A stretch of DNA of 64,000 nucleotides from Penicillus capitatus (taxonomy: Eukaryota > Plantae > Chlorophyta), in NCBI GenBank assembly GCA_965649825.1, contig OZ287696.1:911101-975100 (forward strand). Reading direction: 5' to 3'. The notes under the pieces were generated by a model, which saw nothing but the letters and a program-made list of their open reading frames with translations, ran no database searches and was not told the DNA's origin. The position numbers and the translations under genes were made by a program. This document shows, piece by piece, positions 49,101 through 62,139 of the stretch. Every line of letters begins with the position of its first letter. Position 1 is the first letter of the stretch.

Positions 49101-51663
49101 CAGCTGAAGCGGCTCGGCTAAGAAACGACGATTTCGGCCACCGAGTTTTCCGAGAAGCTGCAGGACTCGATGACCCAGTGGACTCTGTTGTTGGGGCTTG
49201 AGATGTGACCACAGTGCCAGATTGATTTCTTGGACCAGTGCCGCCATAGCAGGCTCCAAAAAGTCAGGATTCAATCGATCGATCCACTCTTCCATGGTCT
49301 GAATGGCCAACAGAACGAGTTCGTCCGTTCCTCTCAGCGCCATCAGCAATGGCTTCATGAGCTTGGGCAGAACGGCATACTTCTTTTCCAGTTCCAGAGG
49401 CAGCAGGAGGCTCAATTCAATCAACAGATCACGTGGCACTCCGAGATCTGGCCCGTCCAACATGTTCAGGAAGAGATCCAGGGCAGAGGGCAGCAAAATG
49501 ACCATCTCTGGAAACTGAAGACGGGATCGGTTCAGGTATCGAAAGAAAAACCAAAGCAGTTGCAGGTATCCTTGGCAGGTGACACAGGTCTTCGCTCTGT
49601 CCAAACAGACTCTCGTGATTCTGACAAGAGTCGTAATGAGCAAGATGGCTTTCAAATCTCCGACGGCCATTAAACTGTGGATTTCATTTTTCAACAGAGT
49701 GTGAAACAAAAGTTTGAAGAGTTTCAACACAAAACGGTACTCCTCTTGCTCCGGATCTGCCAAGACATCGAGTTTGTGGTCGGCCATGTATCCAGCCATG
49801 ATCGTCAAGAAATGCAGCCCGACTTTGGGTTTGTCCAGTAGCATGGAGACAATGGGATGGAGCTCCATCTGTGTGTTCAGTGCGGTATAGACATAGTCGA
49901 TTCTGGCCGACACGATTTCGACAAAGTCTTTGGGATCCAAGACATTGAGAGCTTCGACGAAGAGTTCCATCAGCTCTGAGATACCGCCCTGCATTTTGAG
50001 CCTCAGACACATCTTTAGTCCTTCGATGCCGCCCTTTACCATCCTACAGAGCGCCACCATCAGCTGTCACATCAAAAGTCAAATCTCACTTGACGGCAAA
50101 GCGGATTTCCTGTTCTGTTAAACAGGAGATGGGTGAAATTGGAGGTGGGGCGTTGCCGGAAGGTCGGTTGAAGGTTGTTAAACTGTACAGAACGGTTCTG
50201 AGTCCGAGGAAGAGATTCTGCAGAAGCAGCTTGACTTCAGAATTGATCTTTTTGATACGTTTCACAAAACTGAGCTTCGCCGAGAAGCACAGCAGAATCT
50301 TCTGCAGCAATTCTCTTGACATTTCAACAATGTTGCCGTCTGGTCCAACACGCTGTCGATGGATAACCTCCACCAAATGCAGCAGCAATCGAGCTGCCGT
50401 ACTGTGAGACCCGGCCGGTCTTTCGGTATCCGATATGATGCAGCAGCTTCTGTGCACAATCCAGCTCAGCTGATCGAGTTTTAGAGTGTTTCGTGTTTGG
50501 TGGGCCAGTTCTGCAAAAACAGCGTAACCGTAATGTCTCAAAGCTTCGTAGCAAGATCTGGAGCTGCCAACAATGGCCCTCTCGTCTTTAAGATCGTTCA
50601 ATCGTGCATCGAGTGTTTTGCGGAAATCGGTGACCAGCAATGTACGCGTGGAGATGAGCAGTTCTCTTCTCCACTGCACAACGTCTGGACAACTCTTGAG
50701 TAGATTCATCAGTCCATCGCAAATTTCCTGCTCGTGCGGCTGCATCATATGCATGGACTGTTTCACATAGTGTGACAAAAACGCCACTGTTTTGACTTGC
50801 GCAAATTTCATATCCTTGTAAGCCTGATGTAAATAGGGGGCTATCTCCAAGGAGCCTTCGAACTTCAGTGTCTTGACCATCAGCTCAATCAGGCGAGGAA
50901 TGCGTGTGTGTATATCACTCCCATACAGCTGAACCAAATGCAGTACTGTAAAAGACAGCTTAGGCAAAAGGTTGCTCATAGAGTGGCTGTACCTGTGATG
51001 GGACATTCGGCAATGACTCGAAAGGAACGTCGACTCGGCTGCATGTCCATGTTCAACATGGTCACCCTGTCATACACATCCATCCCATGATTCAGCTCTT
51101 CGAAGTAATGATGTGACGTGTCTTCCCAGCAGCCATACAACTAGACGGCCGTCGTTATGACCTTGTGATGTGACAGCTTCAGCGTACTTGGGTAAAGAGA
51201 TGGAGGAGAGGGCTGGCCACCTCTGAGAGCGGTGGCTTAAAAGCCCGCAGCAGATCGAGGACGACTTTCACGGCGACAATCGCATTTTCCTGATTATCTT
51301 CCGTCGCCACATTCAGTAACGCCCCAGCGAGTTTCGAGACATGCTCTTTCAGCACTTCTGTGTGCGGGACGCGATTGATGACCTCGAGTATCGACTTGCG
51401 TAACTTGTGCTCAGCGTTCGCTTCGTGCTGCGGAGGCACCGTTTCCAAAACGCGCGTCAAACTTTCGATGACGCCGTTCTGTTGGGCCGATGCTCCAGAC
51501 ATCAACTCCTCAACGTTGTCGCGAAACGCACTGGCGCATTGTTGCTTCTCATCGATGCCTGCACGATACAGTTCACCAAGTGCTTTGCTGTCTGAGTCTA
51601 CGCACTTGCGTCGTCGGCGACGAGACGCGCTGCGAGTTCCTGCGGTCGGAGACTCCACATCAT
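40134..51663 (-). CDS. TRRAP: TRRAP/Tra1 (PIKK pseudokinase, SAGA/NuA4 subunit), multi-exon
   Basis: EDNQENAIVAVKVVLDLLR, SFRVIAECPIT|VLHL, LWSHLKP...LQLLGKLGGRNRRFL, FAT region RWWQLP, EERMLQLMCLLN, VPFRLTRNL, C-terminal FATC NLCTMDPTWHPWY*. Confidence 0.97.
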
Positions 51664-51730
51664 GAATGTGGAACGAAACAGAGCGACGAGGATATGTACG
51701 ACACTTCGATCGCGACGACATTGAACAGCG

Positions 51731-53391
51731 ATGACCCAAACGAACGGCACCACGGCATCCTTCTTCGACGCGGTCTACGCGGACGAGCGCGTGTTCAAGT
51801 ACTACACGTCCGGCGAATGGAAAACGTCGACCTCGGGGAAGCACGTACCGATCAAGAATCCCGCAACGGAAGACGTGGCATTCCATGTCCAAAGTAATGC
51901 CTTCAGAGGGTCAAGGCAATAGAGATGCGAAGGTGTGCAGGTTGCACGCGTGAGGAAGTCGACGCGCTGTTTACGGAAGCGCAGTCGGTTCAGGAGTCAT
52001 GGTCAACGACGCCGCTCTGGAAACGCGCGGAGTTGATGCATCGCGCGGCGACATTGCTGCGAACGAATGCCGAGCCGATTGCAGACATCTTGGTGCAAGA
52101 AATCGCCAAGGGACGCAAAGATAGTGTCACCGAGGTCATCCGTTCGGCGGATTTGGCAGACTACTCGGCAGAAGAGGGCATGCGCGTACTGGGAGAGGGG
52201 AAGATGATGCAAGCGGATTCGTTTCCCGGACACGAACGCAACAAGATCTGCCTCGAAGTGCGTGTCCCGCTAGGCGTGGTGCTCTGCATTCCTCCCTTTA
52301 ACTATCCGGTCAATCTGGCGATGTCCAAAATTGCACCAGCACTCTTGGCGGGGAACGCAGTCGTGCTGAAGCCACCGACTCAAGGATGCGTCTCTGCCAT
52401 TCACATGATGCACTGTTTTCACGAGGCTGGATTCCCTAAGGGGCTGATTCATGTGGTAACGGGACGAGGATCGGAGATCGGTGACTACTTGACAACGCAT
52501 CCCCTCTGCAACTGCATCTCGTTCACGGGCGGCGATACCGGTGCGGATCGAAAACACCGTTTTCATTGTATGGCAAGAAGAGTGGCTTTGTTACAGGGAT
52601 CGAAATCTCGAAGAAGGCAGGAATGATACCTTTGCAGATGGAACTCGGTGGCAAAGATGTCTGCATTGTCTGCGAAGATGCCGATCTGGATCTCGCCATC
52701 AAGCACATCATCAAAGGTATCCAGAGCTGTGATCATGGATGGCTTGTTAGGAGATGCCGTTATAGGTGGGTTCTCTTACAGCGGGCAGCGTTGTACGGCA
52801 GTTAAGGTGGTGCTGGTGCTGGACTCTGTGGCAGATGAGGTGGTGGAACGTGTGACGGAAGGTGTTCAGAAGCTCAGTGTTGGAAATCCAGAAGATGACT
52901 GCTTCATCACGCCCGTCATCTCAAAATCTTCTGCAGATTTTATCGAAGGACTGATTGAAGATGCCAAAACAAAAGGCGCCGAATGCAAGACGGTGCACAA
53001 ACGCGCCGGCAACTTGATCTATCCTCTGGTGCTGGATAAAGTGACAGCAGATATGAGAATCGCATGGGAAGAGCCATTTGGTCCTGTCCTGCCTTTCATT
53101 CGCGTGCCAGATGTGGATAGCGCTGTCCAGCACTGCAATAAGAACAATGTGGCTCTTCAGGGATGCATTTTTACTCAGAACATCGACCGTGCCATTACTC
53201 TCAGCGATCGTATGAAGACAGGGACTGTTCAGATCAATGCCGCTCCTGCACGTGGTCCAGATCATTTTCCGTTCCAGGGATTCCGGGATAGCGGCATTGG
53301 ATCGCAAGGCGTTCAGAACAGTCTACGTTTGATGACGAAAATCAAGTCGACGGTTATCAATCTTCAGCAGCCAACTTATTCCCTCGGTTGA
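51731..53391 (+). CDS. GAPN: Non-phosphorylating NADP-dependent glyceraldehyde-3-phosphate dehydrogenase (ALDH11)
   Basis: IPPFNYPVNLAMSKIAPALLAGN, KPPTQG, ISFTGGDTG, LQMELGGKD, FSYSGQRCTAVK, WEEPFGPVLP, ARGPDHFPFQG. Confidence 0.97.
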
Positions 53392-55096
53392 GAGATGGCA
53401 TAACAGCTACCCTGTACCTTCTCAGCGGCAATTCAATTATTTCTTATCGCATTCTTGTTGTTGTTATAAAGAGTGAATGGCACCTCGTTGTCTTGGATGA
53501 ATAATGGAAGTCGCCTTTCTATTCTTTCTGTCAAGACCATCCATACATCCCACCTGCATAACCAAAGTGCCTTTGTGAAGTGTCGAGATGTCCGACGATC
53601 AGTCTTGGTTTAAAAACGAGGGTCATTGGGTGTTTGGGTTCAGAAAATGGATGGCTTTGAGTCTTTGTATGACGATATCGATCGCGGACCGTTGGCCGTT
53701 CGACATTCAGCTTTAGGCAGCTTCGTGAGATCTGCGTCTCTCGAACAACAGCTGCTTTCGAAAAGAACCACTGTCTGTCCGTCAATGATGCCGACCATCC
53801 CTTCGGCTAGCGTCTTGCCTAAGAAGACAGAGTGGTGATCTCCACATGACTCGGGTAGCGAGCAGTGGCGAACGAATGACACACAACGAGTGCCTCTCGT
53901 CGGCGGTGTAGTCACGGCAGGCAGCACATGTCGATGCGTCAGAAAGAGCATAAGCGGGTTGGTTTATCCGCAGACGGCCAAGTTCTCGTAGAAAGGAAGA
54001 GACTGCACAGAAAACCTTCGTCGCACACGACTACTTCTTGCGGGGCATCCTCACGATGGCTGTAGCTCCGAGTGTCGCAACGTCGACTGCGGACGACAAC
54101 AGACTCCATTCGGCCTCTTTCAGAATCACCACGCACATCCTTTCGATCGGAGAAAGACATCTGGCCGCTCTAGCTGCATGCAGCCTTTGCTTGATCGCCA
54201 TCGTTCGTGCCGTCTGGCATCCGGCTTATATTCGATTACTTCTCTTGTAGCATTACAGCGAGATCCGGATCTCCAAAGCACTGTTTCCCGAACTCAGTCT
54301 CTTTCACTTACTGTTCTGGGTAAAAGCAAGTCGCCGCAGGCTTCGCAGACAGAAGAGTCTGCTCAGCCAGTGCAGACCGAGCGAATTTCATTGCCCGTCG
54401 CCATCCTCAGCATCAAACACTCGACGCCGTGCGCGAACCGAACTAAAACCACGGGTTCACGGCCGTCTGGTTGTCGCAGATCAGCCGGCCGTTCGGTTCT
54501 GCCTTCCATGTCCGGAGGAGTTAGGTCAACCGACAACTCCAGAACCGATTCGCGTTACACCGTCGCAAGCGCTCTCGCGACGGCGTTCGCTGCAGAAACG
54601 TCCGAGACAGACGGCCGCCATCACGAAGAGTCCTTGCTGCTTCTTCGACAGAAAACCCCTGCCTCTTCTCTCTGCTCAGGCGACGTCGAGCCGACTCGAG
54701 CGGTTCGCCGTTCGCAGATTCGCGCTGAAACGGTCGCGGAAACGCATGCGCGTTACATCTACTGTTACACCTAGAGGAGAACATCCGGACATACTGTAGA
54801 CAATCTCACCTGTAAAAAACTCTGCACAGCTTACGAGAACGCTCTCCCGCTCGCATCTCGCGTCCCGACGACAGAATTCTGCGTTTCCGGCCCTTGGGCA
54901 GCCATCTCTTCGGCCGTCGGCGCATGCAGCCGCCGCCAAACGACCACAGTTAGCAGCCGCCAACCACATGCCGCGAACGACAACCGAGGCGGCCTATAAA
55001 GGTCCTGTCGAAGCGCCTTCCGCACTCGAGTTTCCGAGTTCTGTTTCTGCTTCCGGCGACCTTTGCTACTTTCTTCGACGACCGACTTCCACGAAG

Positions 55097-56275
55097 ATGT
55101 CTGATACCAGAATGAACACCGAGGCCGATTACGGCTACCCAGACAAGCCGTAAGTCTTTTACCCACGCTTCGACGCGTCGCGCGCCTCAGACCTCCTCGA
55201 CTGCGGCGCTGGACGATCACCGTGCACATGGATGCGTCCAGCGCCACAATCCGAACGCATGCGGTCGCGTGCCTCCGAGAACGCGCAGCTGTCCTGTTCT
55301 TCGACAGGTCTCTAACCTGCGTCTGTGTTTAGGTTTTCGCAGGTCACGCTCCGGGAGGTCTTAAGCGACAGACCTCCCCGGGCGTTCGAGGGAATGGATG
55401 AGGCCGAGCGAAGGCAGTTGTATTGGGAATTAAAAGCCCAATCAACTGCCTTCAGGGGACAACAACTGCTCGAAGAGCAGGCCCCTCCTGTGCGGTTCGG
55501 TCCCAATAGGGACCAGACCGCACAGGCTCGGCCCGGACGGCGGGCGAGGGTCCTCTCTGCCGATGAGAGGAGAGCGCGGTTGGCCCAACAGGGCCAGCCT
55601 GCTGCTCCGCCGCCTCAGGCGCGCCCCGCATCGCCGCCTCCTGCAGCCTCCCAGCCACAGACATCATCGCCGCCGCCGCCGCCGCCAGCCGAGGCGTCAC
55701 CAGCAGCCTCTCATCCGACAGCCCTGCCAGCGGCACCCCAGACGAGCGCGCCGCCGACCATGGAGTGGTCACCTGCGCAGCCAGCCACTCCTCATGTCCA
55801 ACCTGCTGCGCCGCCTCCGGCATCATCACAGACGCCCAGTTCAGCCGCCATGGAGTGGTCCGCCTGTCCTTCCCCGCAGCCAACCCAGACGATGTCCAAT
55901 CCAACCACCCAGCCATTCAAGCCGCCGCTCTTCCCCCCTCGCCCGCAGGTCTTCTGCATACCAGCATCACCGCCTCCTTTAATCCCCTCCCGTTTGTTTA
56001 AGTTTTCCTTCCCTTTTTGCCCTCCTCCCTTCCCTCTACGCACTTCTGTGTTTTCCTTTCCCTCTCCACCTCCAATTCCCCCGCGCCCTTTCATCTTGTC
56101 AGTAGGCCCCCTTGGTATCCCTCCCCGACCGTTTTTCCTATCCGGCAATTGTGTGCCCATCGGCCCCGCTATCCCTGAGCGACTTTTCTTCCTTTCGGGA
56201 GAATGTGTAAGTCACTCTTTGCTTTTTCTCTCTGTTAGCCTGTTTTCTGTGTAGGTTTATCTCAAGGATTGGTGA
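55097..56275 (+). CDS. Orphan Pro-rich protein, copy 2
   Basis: Same exon structure as copy 1; last intron 56207-56254; ends ...FFLSGEC|VYLKDW*. Confidence 0.8.
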
Positions 56276-56554
56276 GTCTGAGGGCCTTTCTCTCTTTTTG
56301 ATGCTGTTTTTATTGTGGGATAAAAATAAAAAAACAAAAAGATCTAGGGGCTGTTTTCCTTTCTTGCTGTTTTGCCATTCCACCTTCGCTTTGTTGTGGA
56401 TGGCTGTGTTTGCTGTTTTCATATGGGCCGTCATAATCTCATAAGTTTTTTGAAACATGGAGGGTGTTGTTTACTGATCTGCTGTTTTGGTCGCCCTGGG
56501 CTGGAGTATCTGATCTGCCGCGTCTGATTTGGCGTTTCAATGACTAGAGATCGC

Positions 56555-56835
56555 TGCCCTGTCTCACCCGCTGCTGTGCTGACTGGAGGATGCCCTGTCT
56601 CACCCGCTGCTGTGCTGACTGGAGGATGCCCTGTCTCACCCGCTGCTGTGCTGACTGGAGGATGCCCTGTCTCACCCGCTGCTGTGCTGACTGGAGGATG
56701 CCCTGTCTCACCCGCTGCTGTGCTACTGGAGCTTTCCTATCTCACCTGCTGCCCGGAGGATGCCCTGTCTCACCTGCTGCCCGGAGGATGCCCTGTCTCA
56801 CCTGCTGCCCGGAGGATGCCCTGTCTCACCTGCAG
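56555..56835 (+). repeat. Young minisatellite: about 5 x 36 bp followed by about 3 x 28 bp
   Basis: Exact units TGCCCTGTCTCACCCGCTGCTGTGCTGACTGGAGGA at 56555, 56591, 56627 and 56663; TGCCCTGTCTCACCTGCTGCCCGGAGGA at 56761 and 56789. Confidence 0.95.
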
Positions 56836-57439
56836 CCGTCTCACTGGAGGATGTCACCTGTTGATCTTCCCGTGCTGAACTGTCGTGTCCTACCTGCTTG
56901 TCTTACCGCCTGGAGACTGGAGCGTCCTAACATGCCGTCTGCTCATCGAACGCTACCGAGTCTCTCTACCTGGTTCCTTGCCGACTGGAGGCTGCAGTTC
57001 TTTCTTTCTACCGTCTGCTGCCTGGAGACTTCCTGGTCTGTCTACCTGCGGCGTGGTGTGGATGGAGGCCGCAGTCGATCTCGTTCTGCATGCAGTCTCG
57101 CTGTGGATTGGGGCGCAGTCGCCATACATGCCGCATTGCTTTAAAAGTCCGTGGTCGTTCTTACTGCTGCCGTACTGACTAGAAGATGAGGAGTCTGTCT
57201 ACCTGCCGCCTTACCATGGATGCAAGGCGACAGTCGCCTTCACTGTTGCCTTGGAGTCAGTGGATTCCGCAGTCACTCTACCTGCGACCGCGATGCCCGG
57301 AGGCCACAGTCGTTCTGCATGCTGCCTTGATGTGAATGGAGGCCGCAGTCTTTCGACCCGCTGACCAGTTGCCCAGAGACCGTCGCCACCCTACCTGTCG
57401 CCGTGCTGACTGTAAGATGTTGAGTCAGTCCACCTGCTG

Positions 57440-60112
57440 CCTTAACGATCATTGAAGGCGGCTCTCATCCTACCTGCTGCCTCCCTCGATGTGGATGCGA
57501 GGCGGCGGATGACTGCTGCTTCGACGAGAACTGGAGCCGCAATCGCTATACCTGCCGCCTCAACGACAACTGGAGGCGGCAGGCGTTCTACTTGCTGCCT
57601 CGCCGTGGATGCGAGGCGGCGGATGCCTACTCTGCCTCCGTGAAGACAACTGGAGGCTGCAGTCGTCATACCTGCCGCAGACGCCCTGCTTGCTGCCTCG
57701 CTGTGGATGCGAGGCGGCGGATGACTGCTGCCTCGACGAGAACTGGGGTCGCAGTTGACCTACCTGCCGCCTCAACGACAACTGGAGGCGGCAGGCGTTC
57801 TACTTGCTGCCTCGCTGTGGATGCGAGGCGGCTGTCGACATACCTGCCTCTGTGAAGATAACTGGAGGCGGCAGTCGTCCTACTTGCCGCAGACAATTAT
57901 CGGCGGCCGTAGTCGCCCTACTTGCTGCCTCGCCGTGAATGCGAGGCGGCGGATGCCATACCTGTTCCGTCGCCGACAAGATGCCGCAGTCGCCATACCT
58001 GCCCCCTCGAAGACAAATTGAGGACGCGGTCGTCCGACCTGTTCCGTCGCCGACAAGATGCCGCAGTCGCCATACCTGCCCCCTCGAAGACAAATTGAGG
58101 ACGCGGTCGACCTAACTGCTGCCTCGCCGTGGATGCGAGGCGGCGGATACTCTACCTGCTGTTGTCTTGACGACAACAGGATGCGTCAGTCGTCTTACTT
58201 GCCGCAGACAATTATCGGCGGCCGCAGTCGCCCTACTTGCCGCCTCGCCTTGGATGCGAGGCGGCCGATGCCATACCTGCCGCCGTGACGACAACTGGAG
58301 GCGGCAGTCGCCATACCTGCGGCATCGCTGCCTTGAGGACGCAGACGTCCACTTGCTGCCTCGCCGTGGATGCGAGGCTGCGGATGCCTTACCCTGCCGC
58401 AGACGACTACTGGAGGCGGCAGGCGCCCTACGTGCCGCAGACGATCATTGGAGGCCGCAGTCGCCATACCTGCGGCATCGCTGCCTTGAGGACGCAGACG
58501 TCCACTTGCTGCCTCGCCGTGGATGCGAGGCGGCGGATGCCTTACCTGCCGCAGACGACAACTGGAGGCGGCTCTCGTCCTACTGGCCGCAGACGATCAT
58601 TGGAGGCCGCAGTCTATCTATCTGCTGCCTCGCCTTGGATGCGAGGCGGCGGATGCATTACCTGCCGCCTTGACGACAACTGGAGGCGGCAGGCGCCCTA
58701 CGTGCCGCAGACGATCATTGGAGGCCGCAGTCGCAATACCTGCGGCATCGCTGCCTTGAGGACGCAGACGTCCACTTGCTGCCTCGCCGTGGATGCGAGG
58801 CGACGGATGCTCTACCTGCTGCCGCCTTGACGACAACTGGAGGCGGAGGATGCCATACCTGCCGCCGTGACGACAACTGGAGGCGGAGGATGCCGGACAT
58901 GCCGCCGTGACGACAACTGGAGGCGGAGGATGCCGGACATGCCGCCGTGACGACAACTGGAGGCGGCAGGCGTCCTACTTGCCGCAGTTTACCTACCTGC
59001 TGCCCTGCCGCAAATCCGAGGCGGCGGATGCCCTGCCCTGCCTCCGTGAAGACAACTGGAGGCCCGCGGTCGCTCAACTCTGCCTCCTCGAAGACAACTG
59101 GAGGACGCAGTCGTCCAACTTGCCGCCTCGCCGTGGATGCGAGGCGGCGGACGACTTACCTGTTCTGTCGCCGCTATAAAGCCGCTGTCCCCCTACTTGC
59201 TGCCTCGCCGCATATGCGAGGCGGCGGATGCCTTACCCTGCCGCAGACGACTACTGGAGGCGGCAGGCGCCCTACGTGCCGCAGACGATCATTGGAGGCC
59301 GCAGTCGCAATACCTGCGGCATCGCTGCCTTGAGGACGCAGACGTCCAACTTGCCGCCTCGCCGTGGATGCGAGGCGGCGGACGACTTACCTGTTCTGTC
59401 GCCGCTATAAAGCCGCTGTCCCCCTACTTGCTGCCTCGCCGCATATGCGAGGCGGCGGATGCCTTACCCTGCCGCAGACGACTACTGGAGGCGGCAGGCG
59501 CCCTACGTGCCGCAGACGATCATTGGAGGCCGCAGTCGCAATACCTGCGGCATCGCTGCCTTGAGGACGCAGACGTCCACTTGCTGCCTCGCCGTGGATG
59601 CGAGGCGGCTGTCGACATACCTATTCCGTCGCCGCCAAGAAGCCGCAGTTGCTATACTTGCTGCCTCGCCTTAGATGCGAGGCGGCGGTCGTCCGACCTG
59701 TTCGGTCGCCGTCAAGATGCCGCAGTCGACTTACCTGCTGCCTCGCCGTGGATGCGAGGCGGCGGATTCTCTAATTGCTGCCTCGACGACAACTGGAGGC
59801 GGCAGGCGCCCTATTTGCCGCTGTCGCCTTACTCGCTGCCTCGCCGCATATGCGAGGCGGCGGATGCCTTACCTGCTGCTGCCTTGACGACAACTGGATG
59901 CGGCAGTCGTCTCCTTGCCGCAGACGATCATCGGCGGCCGTAATCGCCCTACTTGCTGCCTCGCCGTGGATGCGAGGCGGCGGATGCTCTACCTGCTGCC
60001 GTGAAGACAACTGGAGGCGGCAGGAGCCCTACCTGCCTCGAACACGATCATCGGACGCCAAGGTCGTCCTACCCTGTCGCCTTGCCGAGATGCGAGGCGG
60101 CTGTTGCCGACT
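57440..60112 (+). repeat. Tandem stem-loop array, copy 2 (longer, more loop types; local 40-, 77- and 231-bp periods)
   Basis: Same stems as copy 1; 231-bp duplication at 59115/59346; 77-bp duplication at 57961/58038. Confidence 0.95.
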
Positions 60113-61519
60113 GCAAGTTCTCTTTTCGTGAATTTGCATCTCATTACTCTTTCTCTGCCGACTCTGTTGCGTGGTGCATTTTGTCCTTCGCGAATCACTG
60201 TTCTATCAGTGTTTCTATCGACATTACACTTTTTAAAGAAGGAATGACATTTTTACAAGCTTTGTAAACAGTCGAGTTCCATTCCTTTAACATTTATCCA
60301 GCGCGAGTTGCGTTTTGACGACGGAACGTTATATGTCGACGCCTTCCTGACTGTCGCCGAGAGCCTTGTTCGGGAGCGTTTCATCGCTAAGCTCTTTGCC
60401 ATCTGCTGAGGGAAGATGCATGGCGTCCAGAAATCTCTTTCTTGCATTCGCCTCCTGTAGACAGACGAAGACGACGGCTACTCCGTGCAGGCTCCCTCGA
60501 CCCGGGTTCCGAAACTCAGCAAGCACGTCTTGTCGTAGGACCGTGGACGGACATTTGCTGAGGATCTCGCGAGTCGCACTGCCGCCTGTCCGTAACACTG
60601 CGATGTTTCGCTCCTGTTGAGAGGCTTGGCACTCGTGTACCGGGTGTCCTTGCAGCGCCTGAGATCTCAGAAGCGTGCCTGCGGATGAGAATTGACTCGT
60701 GGCGGTCGTGTCGACGAAGTGGTGATAGGAGAGCGAGGGACGAGAGCCTCGTCGGCATGCCGGACTCTCAAGCAGCTACAGGGGTCGCCCTTTCAGCTTA
60801 CTAGCCGATTCGAAACGGCATGGGTGTCACTTAGAACGGCCGACAGAACGATCGCCCGTGGCAAAACAGAACGTCGTTGCTTGTCGTTTACAGCAGACGA
60901 CGCGCTCTAAAGAGGTGCACCGGACGAACGATCTCCTCTTTGAACTGTCTACATAGTGCACCTTGCGCTATTGGGAGTAAGCTCATTCCGTCGCCTGATG
61001 AGTGAATGCATTACAATCCGTGCAGCTGTTCGGGACAAAGAAGAACGTGACGCGCGCATTGGAATGACGAACGCGCCGTTTTTATTTCACCGCCCTACCG
61101 ACTTCGCAGTTCAAGCGAAGATCGGCGGAGGAGGAACACGGAAGACTTTGACCAAAGCCATGCAGATACAAGAAGAGCGTGAACCGTGGAGAGGTCACAG
61201 TCGTGAGACGCCGTCGATCGCCAAGCCTCCAGGAACGCGTGTTCGACAGCTCAGATGGCGTTAACTGACTGCTGCTGTGACATTCGATGCATCGAGCGTC
61301 ATCTCTGCTGCCCTACATTCAAACGTGGTTCTCTGATCTGGGCGATTCGTCTCGCCACAATCCGCGTTGCTCGTGTTTAACTGATCCTTAACGAAGCCTC
61401 TTTATTCGCTCGCCTTTCATCTTCTCTGACAACGATGTTGAGGTCTATTCGTCTCCGCGTGTCGTTCGTTCGGTGTCAAGAAACGGATTGGCGGAATGGC
61501 ATCTGACCGCTAGTTAAGT

Positions 61520-62085
61520 GATGACGCCTGTCCGAACGCCGATGTCGCCGCCGTGGGAAGAAGATCTCGGCAGCGGGCGCGTCTTCAAGGCGACCTTCGC
61601 CCTTTGTCAGCACGTCGGAGACAGAAATGTGAATCAGACTACATCCCCGAAGACGATGCAGAGTGGATCATCCTCGTGAGCCTAGGGGAAATCTCGCTTT
61701 CTGAGCTGAATGTGTTTGCATCCTGCTCCTCGGGAAACTAACTAATAAACCCTTCTGCAACACGTCCGTTTCCGAATCCGCCTCATCGTGCGCGACAAGG
61801 ATGCAGGCCACCTCAGCGCAGTACAGCGAAATGATTGCGATGAGAGCGGTGGATGAAGGGAAAGAGCGTCAAGACGGCGCACTAGCTTACGGCGAGGGAA
61901 GTGTTGAGTGTACTGGACGTCCGAAGGCAACACCGCGACGACTCCTCGAAGAGAGACCTCTGTAAACCGTGTGGTCTGTTTTTGCTGGAGAGGTCTGTCG
62001 GGACGCCTCTAACGAGCTCCTCGGTGCGAATCTCCTAGCAGATCAACGTCCGTTGATGAGGAGCTCCAGGTGTACCGGTATCATT
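61520..62085 (+). pseudogene. RSL1D1 pseudogene (5' part, internal deletions, unprocessed)
   Basis: ACGCCTGTCCGAACGCCGATGTCGCCGCCGTGGGAAGAAGATCTCG matches 27899 onward; frameshifts; intron-derived sequence retained. Confidence 0.9.
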
Positions 62086-62139
62086 GCCCGACGACAGCTT
62101 CGACGGTCGGTTTACGGCATCTTGTAGCGTGCTTCCCTA

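Noticed and set aside
40134-51663. Non-standard genetic code (TAA/TAG = Gln, as in some ulvophytes)
   Set aside because: Long TRRAP exons are open under the standard code, and TAG/TAA end LSM3, TMEM14, EBP and ClpS at the expected positions.
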